Positions 1 through 8,496 are shown, counted from the stretch's first letter. The stretch: 32,000 nt of DNA from Polyangiaceae bacterium (GCA_016719945.1 JADJYE010000034.1:66244-98243); one strand, 5' to 3'. The notes: generated by a model from the sequence alone, not told the origin. Numbers and translations: made by a program.

Positions 1-86
1 ATCACGCTGCAGCCTCGGGCGAGGAAGGCGTCGGCGAGGCCCAGCCCGATGCCCCGCGTGCTGCCGGTGACGACGATCGCGCCCAT
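1..86 (-). CDS. Short-chain dehydrogenase/reductase, N-terminal fragment (gene continues past the left edge)
   Basis: The reverse complement of 1-86 reads MGAIVVTGSTRGIGLGLADAFLARGCSV. This carries the TGxxxGIG Rossmann motif of classical SDRs. ATG is at 86-84. It is absent from the ORF track because it runs off the window. Confidence 0.6.
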   Translation of the reverse strand, partial: MGAIVVTGSTRGIGLGLADAFLARGCSV

Positions 87-113
87 CGGTCCGACCGAGG
101 GTACAGTAAGCAG

Positions 114-695
114 GTGACCTGGCTCGCCCTATATCCGCGCGCGCTTGGTGACGCGTGGGAGCAGCTGCCCGCGCCTGTCCGCGCGTGTCACGACGCCTGC
201 CCCCGGCTGTCGGCCGAGGGCCCGTTCGTCGTCGAGCGCTCGAGGTCGTGGCTCGCGCGGGTCGCGCTGTTCGCGGGCGGCATGCCCGCTGCGGGAGAGG
301 ACATCCCCCTGCGGTTGGAGGTGTACGCGGAGCGCGACAGCCAGCGGTGGGAGCGTCGCTTCGGCGCCTTCGTCATGACGACCATCCAGCGCCTCTTGCC
401 GGATGGCCGCATGAGCGAGCAGCGCGGGCCTCTGGAGCTCTTGTTCTGGGTGACGGCGGACGGGGGCGCGATCCATTATCGACCCGCGGGGCTCCGCCTG
501 TGCCTCGGTCCGCTGCGCATCCCGCTGCCCTCTTGGCTCGGTCCGCGGGTCGAGGCGCGCGCGTGGCGCGAGCCCGGGGACCATCGGATGTCCGTGCGGG
601 TCGTGATGGCGTTGCCCTTGCTCGGTGAGGTGATCTCGTACGGCGGCCCGCTCGCGCCTCTGGTTGGTGGGTCGCCGCCGGAGGTTTCCGGGTAG
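114..695 (+). CDS. DUF4166-like protein
   Basis: 193-aa ORF with a GTG start and strong G/C third-position bias. The layout matches DUF4166 as I recall it: N-terminal LGDAWEQLPAPVRACH and C-terminal VRVVMALPLLGEVISYGGPL. The competing 615-aa antisense ORF (129..1976) is Arg/Pro-rich shadow. Confidence 0.6.
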   Translation: MTWLALYPRALGDAWEQLPAPVRACHDACPRLSAEGPFVVERSRSWLARVALFAGGMPAAGEDIPLRLEVYAERDSQRWERRFGAFVMTTIQRLLPDGRMSEQRGPLELLFWVTADGGAIHYRPAGLRLCLGPLRIPLPSWLGPRVEARAWREPGDHRMSVRVVMALPLLGEVISYGGPLAPLVGGSPPEVSG

Positions 696-704
696 AGTCC
701 GCGC

Positions 705-1376
705 GTGCAGAAGCTCCACGCCGGGATCCACCATTTCCAAGCGAACTACTTCGCTTCGAACCGCGATCTGTTCGCCCAGCTCGCGACCGCCGGCCAGCAG
801 CCCGAGACCCTGTTCGTCACCTGCTGTGACTCTCGTGTCGTCCCGAACCTCATCACGAACGCCGCGCCCGGTGAGCTCTTCATCGTCCGCAACGTGGGGA
901 ACATCGTCCCATCGATGAGCCGGGGCGTGATCGGCGGCGTCTCCGCCGCCATCGAGTACGCGGTCGAGGCGCTGCAGGTCGGCAACATTATCGTTTGTGG
1001 TCATACGAACTGCGGCGCCATCGAGGCGATCCTGAACCCAGCCGGCGTCGCGCACCTGCCGTTCGTCTCGCGCTGGCTCGCCGAGTCCGAGCGCATTCCG
1101 TCGCTCATCCAGGAGCGGTACGGCGATCTCGATCCAGAGGCGCGGAGGCTCGCCGCGGTGGAGGAGAACGTGCTGCTTCAGCTGGAGAACCTGAGGTCGT
1201 TCGAGTTCGTCGCGCGGCGCCTCGCCGAGGGCACCCTCAAGATGAACGGCTGGGTTTTCAAGATCGCGAGCGGCGAGGTGTTCGACTACGACCCGGTCTC
1301 CGAGCAGTTCTTGAAGCTGGTGGCGAACGACGAGGAGCGGCCACCGCTGAGCGCCCGCGACGTCGTCGCGAGGTGA
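705..1376 (+). CDS. Beta-class carbonic anhydrase
   Basis: Zinc-ligand and catalytic motifs CCDSRV (CxDxR) and GHTNCGA (HxxC) sit at the spacing expected for beta-CA. Length is 223 aa. VRNVGN is also typical of the family. Confidence 0.9.
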   Translation: MQKLHAGIHHFQANYFASNRDLFAQLATAGQQPETLFVTCCDSRVVPNLITNAAPGELFIVRNVGNIVPSMSRGVIGGVSAAIEYAVEALQVGNIIVCGHTNCGAIEAILNPAGVAHLPFVSRWLAESERIPSLIQERYGDLDPEARRLAAVEENVLLQLENLRSFEFVARRLAEGTLKMNGWVFKIASGEVFDYDPVSEQFLKLVANDEERPPLSARDVVAR

Positions 1377-1387
1377 CCGTACGGGTG

Positions 1388-2131
1388 CTACCGCCCCGAC
1401 AAGAACGGTAGCTTCTGGAACAGGCGCTCGGGCGTGTGGTTCACGATCGGCATGATGGCGGCCCAGAACGAGGGCACGTACGCCTCTGGCGTCCCGGCAT
1501 CCATGGCTGCGACGATCCCACGCGCGACCGGCTCGACCCGCGCGAAGAGGGCGTTCTTCTCGTGGCTCACCGTCATCGGCGTGTCGACGGGGCCGAGCTT
1601 GAGGGTCGTCACGCTCACGCCCGCCGAGTAGAGCCGCGACCGGACGCCTTGGAGGTAGATGGCGAGCCCACCTTTCGCGGCCCCGTACGTGTAGTTGCGC
1701 GGCCTGCCGCGGTCTCCCGCGACCGACGTGATCACGCCGATCCGCCCGCGGCGCTCGCGCTCGAGGTAGCTCGCGATCGGGATGAGCAGCGACACCACGC
1801 TGGTGAAGTTGACCCGCAAGATCCTGGACGCCTCTTGGAAGGAGCGCTCGCTCTCGAGCTGGTCGCCGAGCTCCCCGTGCGCGACGAGGGCGCGGTCCAA
1901 GCCGCCGAGGGCCTCGATCGCCTCGTGCACGACGCGCTCGTTCGAGCCCTCCTCGAGGAAGTCGGCCTGCGCGCACGTCACGCGGGACGACGCGCCGAGA
2001 TCCTTCACCAGCTTCGCGAGCTTGTCGTGGCTCCGCCCGACGAGGTGGAGCCGGTCTCCGCGGCCCTCGTGCAGCCGCGCGACCTCGCAGGCGACGGCCG
2101 AGGTCGCGCCCAAGATGAGCACCCGATCCAT
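1388..2131 (-). CDS. SDR family oxidoreductase
   Basis: In-frame ATG at 2131 gives MDRVLILGATSAVACEVA (Rossmann GATSxxA). The catalytic YxxxK is present in NYTYGAAKGG. The 417-aa ORF-track extension upstream of this Met is Arg/Pro/Ser/Thr-rich junk that overlaps the next gene. Confidence 0.85.
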   Translation of the reverse strand: MDRVLILGATSAVACEVARLHEGRGDRLHLVGRSHDKLAKLVKDLGASSRVTCAQADFLEEGSNERVVHEAIEALGGLDRALVAHGELGDQLESERSFQEASRILRVNFTSVVSLLIPIASYLERERRGRIGVITSVAGDRGRPRNYTYGAAKGGLAIYLQGVRSRLYSAGVSVTTLKLGPVDTPMTVSHEKNALFARVEPVARGIVAAMDAGTPEAYVPSFWAAIMPIVNHTPERLFQKLPFLSGR

Positions 2132-2138
2132 CGCTGGC

Positions 2139-2777
2139 TCAGGGGGCGAAGTTCTGGTTCGACCAGACGCCCTGGTTCGAGGTCGAGAAGCCGCACGCGA
2201 CCTTGGAGTACTGGGTGCTCGACATGTTGATGTAGTGACCGTGCTCGCTGAAGGGCTCACCCGGGCCCTCATCCCACATCGCCTGCAGGCAGCCCGTGAT
2301 GATCTGGTCCTCGGAGCCCCAGTTGGGGCAGGTGTTCTGTGCGTTCTCGCCGCAGGCGGGGAAGTTGCCGTGCGGGGAGTTGGTCGCCTGGTCGTCGGCG
2401 GATTGCTCGTTGGTGCACGTCTCGGCGTCCATCCAGCGCGCGAGGGGCGGGAGGCACTGGCACTCCCAACGGAACTGATTGATGCGATCGACGCAGTCTT
2501 GGTGGACGTCGCCGGTGCTGGCTGGAGGCGTCGGGGCGCAGCCCGGGAGCGGCGCCGCGAGCGGCCCGCTGTCGCACATCCCCGGGGGCGCTCCGCCGCT
2601 GCCGTTGCCGCCCATTGGGCCGGCGCCATTGCCTTGGCCACCGGCGCCGCTGTTCTCTCCGCCGGCCGCCGAGTCGCCCCCCTCGTTGCCGCCGCCGGTG
2701 CTCTGCTGCGTGTCGTCGGAGCAGCCGAGCACGACCGTCAAACAGAGAGCGAAGAGCAGCGATGAGGTGGTGCGCAT
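2139..2777 (-). CDS. Secreted lipoprotein with a CAP/SCP (cysteine-rich secretory protein-like) domain
   Basis: Signal peptide plus lipobox (LTVVLGC), then a Gly/Asn/Ser-rich linker. The Cys-rich C-terminal domain ends in HGHYINMSSTQYSKVACGF, which is CAP-domain-like (GHYTQ..W..VGC). Confidence 0.7.
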   Translation of the reverse strand: MRTTSSLLFALCLTVVLGCSDDTQQSTGGGNEGGDSAAGGENSGAGGQGNGAGPMGGNGSGGAPPGMCDSGPLAAPLPGCAPTPPASTGDVHQDCVDRINQFRWECQCLPPLARWMDAETCTNEQSADDQATNSPHGNFPACGENAQNTCPNWGSEDQIITGCLQAMWDEGPGEPFSEHGHYINMSSTQYSKVACGFSTSNQGVWSNQNFAP

Positions 2778-2834
2778 GACGGGATCATACGCGAGGCCAC
2801 GCCTGACCCACCACCTCGCCAGCGACCGCTGACT

Positions 2835-4001
2835 CTAGGCTGCGGCCCGCGTGCCCTGGATCATCGCCCGGACCCGAGCGACCAGGTCGGCGCGCGTCTT
2901 GGCGAGCTCGGCGGCCTCGAGAGCGCGACCATGGATCCCGAAGCGCTCCCACGACCCATCCTCGGCGTCTCGAGGGAGGTCGCCGTGCACCTCCCCCGGG
3001 AGCGTCCTCAGCGCGCCCTCGAGGGCGCTGGCGACGGGGGCGCCGCCCTCGGCGAGGCACCACTCGACGACGTCCCACCCGTGGGCTGCGTGGCGCCCTT
3101 CGTCGGCCGCGATCTCCTTCAAGACGGCGCGGATCGCCGGGTCTTCGCAGCGCTTCGCGAGCTTCGCGATCACCCGGGCCGACACGCCTTCGTGCAGCGC
3201 GCCGTCGACCAAGGAGTCGACCGCGAGCGTGGCGAGGGCCAGCGTGCGGTTCTTCGGCAGGGTCTTGGCGCGAGCCGCCTCGGGGAACGCGGCGGGGCTC
3301 ACGGCCTGGCCGTCGAGGCTTCGCGCGAGCGAGTAGCAGAGCTCGGTGTGGCGGATCTCGTCGAGCGCGTCCCTGTTCGACGCGGCGATCAGCGCGGGAG
3401 GAGCGCCGAGGCCCATCAAATCGAGCGTGAGCCTCGCGAACGCGGCGACCGACGCGTGCTCGGTGCGCCCATTCTCGCGCCACTGCGCGGCGACCCCGGC
3501 TCGTTCTGGCGCGCTGATTTCGGGCGAGAGCCTCACCGCCGTCCAGCGACCGTCCTGCTCGAGCCGCGGAAGCATGACGCGGCCGAAGCGCCGCAGCTGT
3601 CGGCCGCGCGAGAAGCCGAAGGTCGCGAGCAACGTCAGGCCTGCGCCCCTCAGGAGCAGGAGGCCGTTACCGACCAGACCGAACAGCGCGAGGCAGGTCC
3701 CCTTGACGCCGAGGCGAAGGCCCAAGAACGCGCTCGCGCCGAGCGCTCCGGTGCTCTTGATGAGCCCGAGCACGGCGACGACCACCGCCCCCACGAAGCC
3801 GAGAGCGCCGAGGAGGATGGAGCTCAATCCGACCGCCAGAGACCAGCTCACCACGAGCAGGCTGAGGGCGATCATCACGTGCAGCGCGCCGGTCGCGCTC
3901 GCCGCCGGCGGGGCGGGTGGTGCCGGAAGCTCCGCCTCCGGCGCGGCGTAGGGGTTCACCAGAGGGGCGGCGTCGGTCGATGGGGGGGGCAGAGCTGGCA
4001 C
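2835..4001 (-). CDS. Membrane protein with a C-terminal ferritin-like (putative diiron) domain
   Basis: Pro-rich N-terminus (NPYAAP) followed by 3-4 Gly/Leu-rich hydrophobic helices. The soluble domain carries TEHASVAAF, DEIRHTE and DEGRHAAH (ExxH pairs typical of ferritin-like diiron folds). GTG start at 4001 has no Shine-Dalgarno, so the start is uncertain. Confidence 0.65.
   Translation of the reverse strand: MPALPPPSTDAAPLVNPYAAPEAELPAPPAPPAASATGALHVMIALSLLVVSWSLAVGLSSILLGALGFVGAVVVAVLGLIKSTGALGASAFLGLRLGVKGTCLALFGLVGNGLLLLRGAGLTLLATFGFSRGRQLRRFGRVMLPRLEQDGRWTAVRLSPEISAPERAGVAAQWRENGRTEHASVAAFARLTLDLMGLGAPPALIAASNRDALDEIRHTELCYSLARSLDGQAVSPAAFPEAARAKTLPKNRTLALATLAVDSLVDGALHEGVSARVIAKLAKRCEDPAIRAVLKEIAADEGRHAAHGWDVVEWCLAEGGAPVASALEGALRTLPGEVHGDLPRDAEDGSWERFGIHGRALEAAELAKTRADLVARVRAMIQGTRAAA
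3982..3989. repeat. Homopolymeric G8/C8 tract inside the 5' end of the ferritin-like gene
   Basis: The plus strand reads t-gggggggg-c. On the coding strand it is CTG CCC CCC CCA (LPPP), codons 4-7 of the ORF. Confidence 0.9.
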
Positions 4002-4070
4002 AGGAGGGGAAAGACGTTCCTCACCTCGATTTGTTCCAACTTCTCTCTTTCCTTGTCACCCGCGCCAAAC

Positions 4071-4116
4071 CCCGGCGCCGGATCGCCACCTCGCGCGCCT
4101 TAGATCCCGGCGCCGG
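4071..4116. promoter_or_regulatory. Two identical copies of cccggcgccgg (each with the 10-bp palindrome ccggcgccgg), spaced 35 bp; candidate operator pair
   Basis: Exact 11-mers at 4071-4081 and 4106-4116. They lie in the 155-bp gap between the M23 peptidase stop and the ferritin-like gene start. A regulatory role is inferred from position only. Confidence 0.25.
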
Positions 4117-4131
4117 TTTTTCGCGCCTTGC

Positions 4132-4156
4132 CGCGGGAAAACCGAAGGGCCCCGCG
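4132..4156 (-). terminator. Candidate GC-rich hairpin directly after the M23 peptidase stop (no U-tract)
   Basis: Inverted repeat cgcggg (4132-4137) / cccgcg (4151-4156) with a 13-nt loop, starting 1 nt after the stop at 4157-4159. There is no T-run on the transcribed strand, so this is weak. Confidence 0.2.
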
Positions 4157-5647
4157 TCAGCGGGCGCGCCGGAACAAAGAACGGCGTTGAGCCGTGATGG
4201 CGCCTGCCGCGAGCAGGCCGAGCCACGACCAGGAGGTGCCCCCGGTCGCGCCGGTGACCCTGCACCCACACCCGTCCTCTTGGGCCCCGTCGGCTGCGTT
4301 GCCGTCACCCGATGGCCCGCCCCCGGTGCCGCCCGCAGGGCCGCCGCCCGCGCCCGCGCCGCCTGTTGGCTCGCCGCCGCCCGCGCCGGCTCCGCCGCCT
4401 CCCTCGCCTACGGGCGGATCCGTCCGTGTGAGACGGAGCGCGTCGAACGCGAGGACTCGCGACAAGGAGAAGGCCTCCCCGGTGTTGTCGTTGAGCGTGA
4501 CCGTGTAGGTCTGAGAGGCGTCGAACGACAGCTCATCGAGCAGGTGCCAGCCGTCGACCGCAGATTGATCCACGGGGAACTCGGTCGAGCCTCCGGCGTG
4601 GGTGACCTGGTACGCGGCCAGCTCACTCGTCCCGAAGCCGGGCTCGACGTAGACCTCGAGCGCGTAGCTCCCGGCGTCCTCGAAGGTGAGGCTCCACACG
4701 CCGACGTTGTCCGGGTCTGCCGAGTCGGTGGCGTTCGTCCACGTGACGGAGCCGTCCCACCCCGACGTGTCCTCGTACCAATACTGCGGAGAGCCTTGGC
4801 GCTCGAAGCAGAGGCTAGTCTCGTCGACCTCGCCGCCCAGCGGGCCGATCGGCTCGCAGACAGGGCAGTCTTCGGGGCAGTCGGCGTTCGTCTCCCCGCC
4901 GTTGCAGTAGCCATCGCCACACTCGACCGTGCCGCTGTTCGACGAGGTCAGCGTCATCCCTTGCTCGAGATCCTCGAAGCCGTCGAGCGGCTCGGGCACG
5001 ACGGCGTTGCCACCGTACGAGCCGCCGGTGCCGCTGCCGCCGACGGCGCTGTCCCTGTGGATCACCCAGTGCAGATGAGGCGTGGAGAACGAGCCGCACG
5101 AGAGCGCGCCCTGACACGACTGCCCGAGCTCGCCGAGCTGTTGGCCCGTCGCGACCGTGGCTCCCTCCTCGATGCCCGGCGTGATCGCGTTCAGGTGTGC
5201 GTAAACCGAGTGATAGACGTGCCCGTCGCCGAGGTCGTGCGAGAGGATCACCCGCAGGCCGTAGTTCGCCCAGCCTGAGGTCGCCCAGCCGGCGCGCACC
5301 ACGGTGCCCGGGATCGGCGCGACGATCGGCAGACCTTTGCCGCTGTCGGGCTCGTCTGCATAGGTGAGGTCGAGCGCGTAGTAGTCGTTGGCCTTGGCCG
5401 TGGCGTCCGTGTCGGCGTGCAGGCTCGAGCCGCCCGTGGGGCTGTAGCCCGAGAGCACGTAGACGTCGTAGCCCGCCGGGAACGGCAGGAAGAGCTCCAC
5501 GTTCGACGGGAACGGGACGGCGCCGGGCAGCGGGTCCGTCAGGGCGACGGCCGTGCCGAGCGCAGCGAGCCCCACCACGGGGAACATCGCGCCGGCGAGC
5601 AGGAGCTGGGGGAGTCGTCGCGTGCGCACGCTGTCAGGGTACGGCAT
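4157..5647 (-). CDS. M23 (LytM-type) metallopeptidase with a Cys-rich/beta-sandwich middle region and a MYXO-CTERM sorting tail
   Basis: M23 zinc motifs HADTD (HxxxD) and PHLHWVIH (HxH) are intact. Signal peptide is RTRRLPQLLLAGAMFPVVGLAALGTAVA. The C-terminus GCGCRVTGATGGTSWSWLGLLAAGAITAQRRSLFRRAR follows a Gly-rich linker, matching the MYXO-CTERM pattern. Start is placed at ATG 5647; the in-frame GTG at 5665 is an alternative. Confidence 0.85.
   Translation of the reverse strand: MPYPDSVRTRRLPQLLLAGAMFPVVGLAALGTAVALTDPLPGAVPFPSNVELFLPFPAGYDVYVLSGYSPTGGSSLHADTDATAKANDYYALDLTYADEPDSGKGLPIVAPIPGTVVRAGWATSGWANYGLRVILSHDLGDGHVYHSVYAHLNAITPGIEEGATVATGQQLGELGQSCQGALSCGSFSTPHLHWVIHRDSAVGGSGTGGSYGGNAVVPEPLDGFEDLEQGMTLTSSNSGTVECGDGYCNGGETNADCPEDCPVCEPIGPLGGEVDETSLCFERQGSPQYWYEDTSGWDGSVTWTNATDSADPDNVGVWSLTFEDAGSYALEVYVEPGFGTSELAAYQVTHAGGSTEFPVDQSAVDGWHLLDELSFDASQTYTVTLNDNTGEAFSLSRVLAFDALRLTRTDPPVGEGGGGAGAGGGEPTGGAGAGGGPAGGTGGGPSGDGNAADGAQEDGCGCRVTGATGGTSWSWLGLLAAGAITAQRRSLFRRAR
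4160..4273 (-). other. MYXO-CTERM-type C-terminal sorting signal (domain of the M23 peptidase)
   Basis: GCGC, then a hydrophobic helix, then an Arg-rich end (RRSLFRRAR) at the extreme C-terminus. Confidence 0.7.
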
Positions 5648-5668
5648 CCGCGCTACGCTCGGCACCTC

Positions 5669-7255
5669 ATGAAGCGCTCTACGACGACATCGCTCGCATC
5701 ACTCCAGCGCTGGGCCGCCGCCCTCGGCGTCGCAGCCTCGCTGTCGGGCGCGGCCTGCAAGCCGGAGGCAACGAGCGATGCGCCCAGCTCGTCGTCCGCG
5801 GCGGTGTCCTCGACGGCCCCCGCGACGCAGGTCGTGAGCGCGCCCCCGAGCGCCTCGGCGGCCACGCCCGCGCCCAAGCCGTGGGCCAAGGCGATCAAGC
5901 GCGACCTCGAGCTGCGGCTCGGGAACGCCAAGCTCGGCGAGATCAACATCGAGTGGACCCCCACCGCGAGCGGATTCCGCTCGACCGTGAAGAGCTGGAT
6001 CGCGATGAAGGTCACGACCAACGACGGCGCGGTCTCTCGCAGCGAGAACGACGAAGAAGAAGCCTACGACGCCCATGGGCAGCTCTTGACCAGCACGAAG
6101 ATCGATCGCGAAAACGGCGTCGAGGAGCGGGAGGAGGTCAGCATCGCGGACGGCAAGCTCCGCGCGAAGGTCAAGAAGCCCTCGCACGAGGACGACAGGA
6201 CGCTGCTGCTCCCCCCGGACTTCGACAACGAGATCCTCGTCTTCACCAAGCTCCGCGAGGCGGTGCTCGGCGGAGCGGCCATGCCGCGAGCAGCCAGCTA
6301 CGCGTCGTTCGACACCGACGACATGGACTTCGAGCGCAAGATCCTGAGGATCGTGGGCAAGACGACCATCGAGACGCCCGACGGCAAGATCGATGGCTGG
6401 CAGATCGAGGAGGTCGACGTGAAGAGCGGCGACGTCGTCAAAGGGGTCGCCGACGACGCCGGCTTCCCGCTCCGCGTCGAGTTCGGCGCGTTCACCGCCG
6501 TGATCAAGGGCACGCCAGGGGGCGGCGACATGGCGGAGATCGACTCGAACGTTCCGATCGAGGGCTCGTACAAGGAGGGCGTGAGCGAGCTGCTCGTCGA
6601 GGTGACCGTCAAGGGCGACAGCGGCACCGACCCGGGCATCTTCGTGGAGTCCCCGTACCAGAAGGTCGCGCGCAGCGGCGACGTGTACAGCCTCACGCTC
6701 CTGCCGCGCCGCGCTTCGGCGGGGCTCACGGCGGCGACGCTGCCGATGAAGGACCTGCCGGCGGACATCTCCAAGTACCTGGGTCCCACCGCGATGAGCC
6801 AGTCGACCGATCCGGAGATCGTCGCGCGCGCGAAGGAGATCGTCGGCGCCGAGGGCGACAGCAAGCTGGCGGCACGAAAGATCGTGGCCTGGGTCAACAA
6901 GAACCTGGCCAAGAAGGACGGCACCCGCGGCGCCGCCTCCGCCGTGGAGACGATGAAGTCAAAGCACGGCGACTGCACCGAGCACACTGCGCTCGTCGTC
7001 GCGCTCGCGCGCGCGGCCGGCATCCCCGCCAGGAGCGCGTCGGGGATCGTGCTCATCCCGGGGACGAAGATCCAGGGCGGGTACCACGCCTGGCCCGAGC
7101 TGTGGATCGGCGAGTGGGTCGTGATGGACGCCGCGCTCGGCACCCTCGACGTCGGACCTTCCTACCTGTGGCTCGGGTATTCGGAGCCCGGCGAGCCGAA
7201 CAAGGGCTCGAAGCTCTCGCGGCTCGTGGGTCGAACGAAGCTCGTGGTGAAGTAG
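5669..7255 (+). CDS. Lipoprotein with a C-terminal transglutaminase-like cysteine protease core
   Basis: The internal ATG at 5669 gives MKRSTTTSLASLQRWAAALGVAASLSGAAC (signal peptide plus lipobox). The C-terminal domain has the Cys-His-Asp triad context GDCTEHTALVVALARAAGIPAR ... GGYHAWPELW ... VVMDAALG. The 84 codons upstream in the ORF track are Arg/Glu-rich and overlap the divergent gene. Confidence 0.8.
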   Translation: MKRSTTTSLASLQRWAAALGVAASLSGAACKPEATSDAPSSSSAAVSSTAPATQVVSAPPSASAATPAPKPWAKAIKRDLELRLGNAKLGEINIEWTPTASGFRSTVKSWIAMKVTTNDGAVSRSENDEEEAYDAHGQLLTSTKIDRENGVEEREEVSIADGKLRAKVKKPSHEDDRTLLLPPDFDNEILVFTKLREAVLGGAAMPRAASYASFDTDDMDFERKILRIVGKTTIETPDGKIDGWQIEEVDVKSGDVVKGVADDAGFPLRVEFGAFTAVIKGTPGGGDMAEIDSNVPIEGSYKEGVSELLVEVTVKGDSGTDPGIFVESPYQKVARSGDVYSLTLLPRRASAGLTAATLPMKDLPADISKYLGPTAMSQSTDPEIVARAKEIVGAEGDSKLAARKIVAWVNKNLAKKDGTRGAASAVETMKSKHGDCTEHTALVVALARAAGIPARSASGIVLIPGTKIQGGYHAWPELWIGEWVVMDAALGTLDVGPSYLWLGYSEPGEPNKGSKLSRLVGRTKLVVK

Positions 7256-7272
7256 CCTCGACGCCTGAGGCC

Positions 7273-8496
7273 TCAGTACGTCTCCACGTGCAGGCGCCCT
7301 TCGGTCCTCAGGCGCTGCTTCAGGTCGGCCCACACGATCTCGTGGGACAAGGCGATCTCCGCGAGCGCTTCGAACACGCCCTGCTCCATTCGCTTGTGGC
7401 CGCAGAGGTAGATGAACGCGTCGTCGTCGGAGAGCAGCCTGGCGACGTCCTGCGCGCGCCCGCGCAGGCGATCCTGGACGTACGCGCGGGGCTGACCGGG
7501 CTCGCGGCTGAAGGCGAGCTCGACGTCGATCAGCTCCTTCGGCAGCTTCATCAAGGGGCCGAAGTACGGCAGCTCCGACCGCCGCCTCGCGCCGAAGAAC
7601 AGTAGGATCGAGCCCCCCTCGCCGCGGCTCAGTCGCCGCCTGCGGCGCTCGGTCATCGCGCGCATCGGCGCGGAGCCGGTCCCTGTGCAGATCATGAGCA
7701 GCTTCGCGCCGGGGTGGTTCGGCATCAGGAAGCTCGTCCCGTAGGGCCCGGTGACCCTCACCCGGTCGCCCTTCTCGAGATCACACAGGTAGCCCGACGC
7801 CACCCCGCGCACGGGCTTGCCGTCGAGGTCGCGCGTCACGCGCTTCACGGTCAGCGCGAGGTTGTTGCTCCCCGGCCGCTCGCCGTCACGAGGGCTCGCC
7901 GTCGAATAGAGGCGCAGCGCGTGGGGACGGCCGTCTTCTGTGGCGCCGGGCGGCAAGACGCCGATCGACTGACCCTCGAGGATGGGGAACGCCGTCTTGC
8001 CGAAGTCGAGCACGAGGTGCTCGATGTCGACCTCGCTGTCGTCGCCCGTGAGCCGGCGCTTGCCGACGACGGTCGCCTCCGCCGGGCGGTCGGGCGTGTA
8101 GAGCCCCACATACGGGTGAGCCGCCGACCATGGCGGCGGGGCCGGGCCACCCTGGCCGAAGCTCGCCTCTTTGACCATCTCGACGACGCTCTGGGGCATC
8201 GGCGCGGCGCCGCTCGCGGCCTCGGTGATCTCCTCGGGCAGCGCGTCCCACCCGAGCTGGGCCGCCACGGGGTGGGGCTGTTCGACGCGGCGCCAGCTGT
8301 CGATGGCGCCGGTCGGGCAGGGGGGGAGGCAGTCGCCGCAGGCATCGCAGCGCTCGGCGTCGACCGCGTAGTTGCGCCGATCGTGCGTGATCGCACCCTT
8401 CTTGCAGGCCTCCTCACAGGTGTTGCACCGGATGCAAATCTCCGGGTCGATGAGGTGCTGGCGAGTGAGGACCGGGAGGACCACGGACGTCGTCAC
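7273..8496 (-). CDS. boxA: Benzoyl-CoA 2,3-epoxidase reductase component BoxA (2x[4Fe-4S] ferredoxin fused to a ferredoxin-NADP reductase module)
   Basis: Two ferredoxin motifs: [11 protein letters not shown] and [15 protein letters not shown] motifs: RLYSTAS (RxYS, FAD) and [14 protein letters not shown] (NADPH). GTG start at 8496 overlaps the boxB stop as GTGA. It sits immediately downstream of boxB. Confidence 0.85.
   Translation of the reverse strand: MTTSVVLPVLTRQHLIDPEICIRCNTCEEACKKGAITHDRRNYAVDAERCDACGDCLPPCPTGAIDSWRRVEQPHPVAAQLGWDALPEEITEAASGAAPMPQSVVEMVKEASFGQGGPAPPPWSAAHPYVGLYTPDRPAEATVVGKRRLTGDDSEVDIEHLVLDFGKTAFPILEGQSIGVLPPGATEDGRPHALRLYSTASPRDGERPGSNNLALTVKRVTRDLDGKPVRGVASGYLCDLEKGDRVRVTGPYGTSFLMPNHPGAKLLMICTGTGSAPMRAMTERRRRRLSRGEGGSILLFFGARRRSELPYFGPLMKLPKELIDVELAFSREPGQPRAYVQDRLRGRAQDVARLLSDDDAFIYLCGHKRMEQGVFEALAEIALSHEIVWADLKQRLRTEGRLHVETY

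Noticed and set aside
129-1976. 615-aa minus-strand ORF spanning the DUF4166, carbonic anhydrase and SDR genes. Similar long ORFs: 5881..7605 (+), 9805..11733 (-), 11682..13013 (+), 13236..14924 (+), 15488..17551 (-), 18464..20923 (+), 20913..22205 (-), 22485..23963 (-), 23284..24654 (-).
   Set aside because: These are shadow ORFs typical of ~70% GC DNA. Their translations are dominated by Arg/Pro/Gly/Ala/Asp with no motifs. They run antisense to, or out of frame with, genes that have clear family signatures and proper G/C third-position bias.
4106-4120. ccggcgccgg followed by ttttt on the plus strand, which looks like an intrinsic terminator
   Set aside because: No plus-strand gene ends upstream of it and the palindrome has no loop. 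It is better explained as one of two repeated dyads (see findings).
5417-5668. N-terminal extensions given in the ORF track for several genes: 5417 for the transglutaminase lipoprotein, 8661 for boxA, 9995 for boxB, 15313 for mukE, 16547 for the MBL gene, 23080 for the lyase-like lipoprotein, 25867 for the SRPBCC gene, 27432 for the SDR, 31242 for the histidine kinase, 30939 for the small lipoprotein
   Set aside because: The extensions are Arg-rich low-complexity sequence and overlap neighbouring genes. They precede obvious true N-termini: signal peptides with lipoboxes, homologous N-termini, SD motifs, or GTGA/ATGA coupling junctions.
7265-7276. Perfect 12-bp palindrome ctgaggcctcag between the convergent transglutaminase lipoprotein gene and boxA, considered as a bidirectional terminator
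   Set aside because: There is no loop, so the usable stem is only about 4 bp. There is no flanking T/A run, and it overlaps the boxA stop codon. It is too weak to call.
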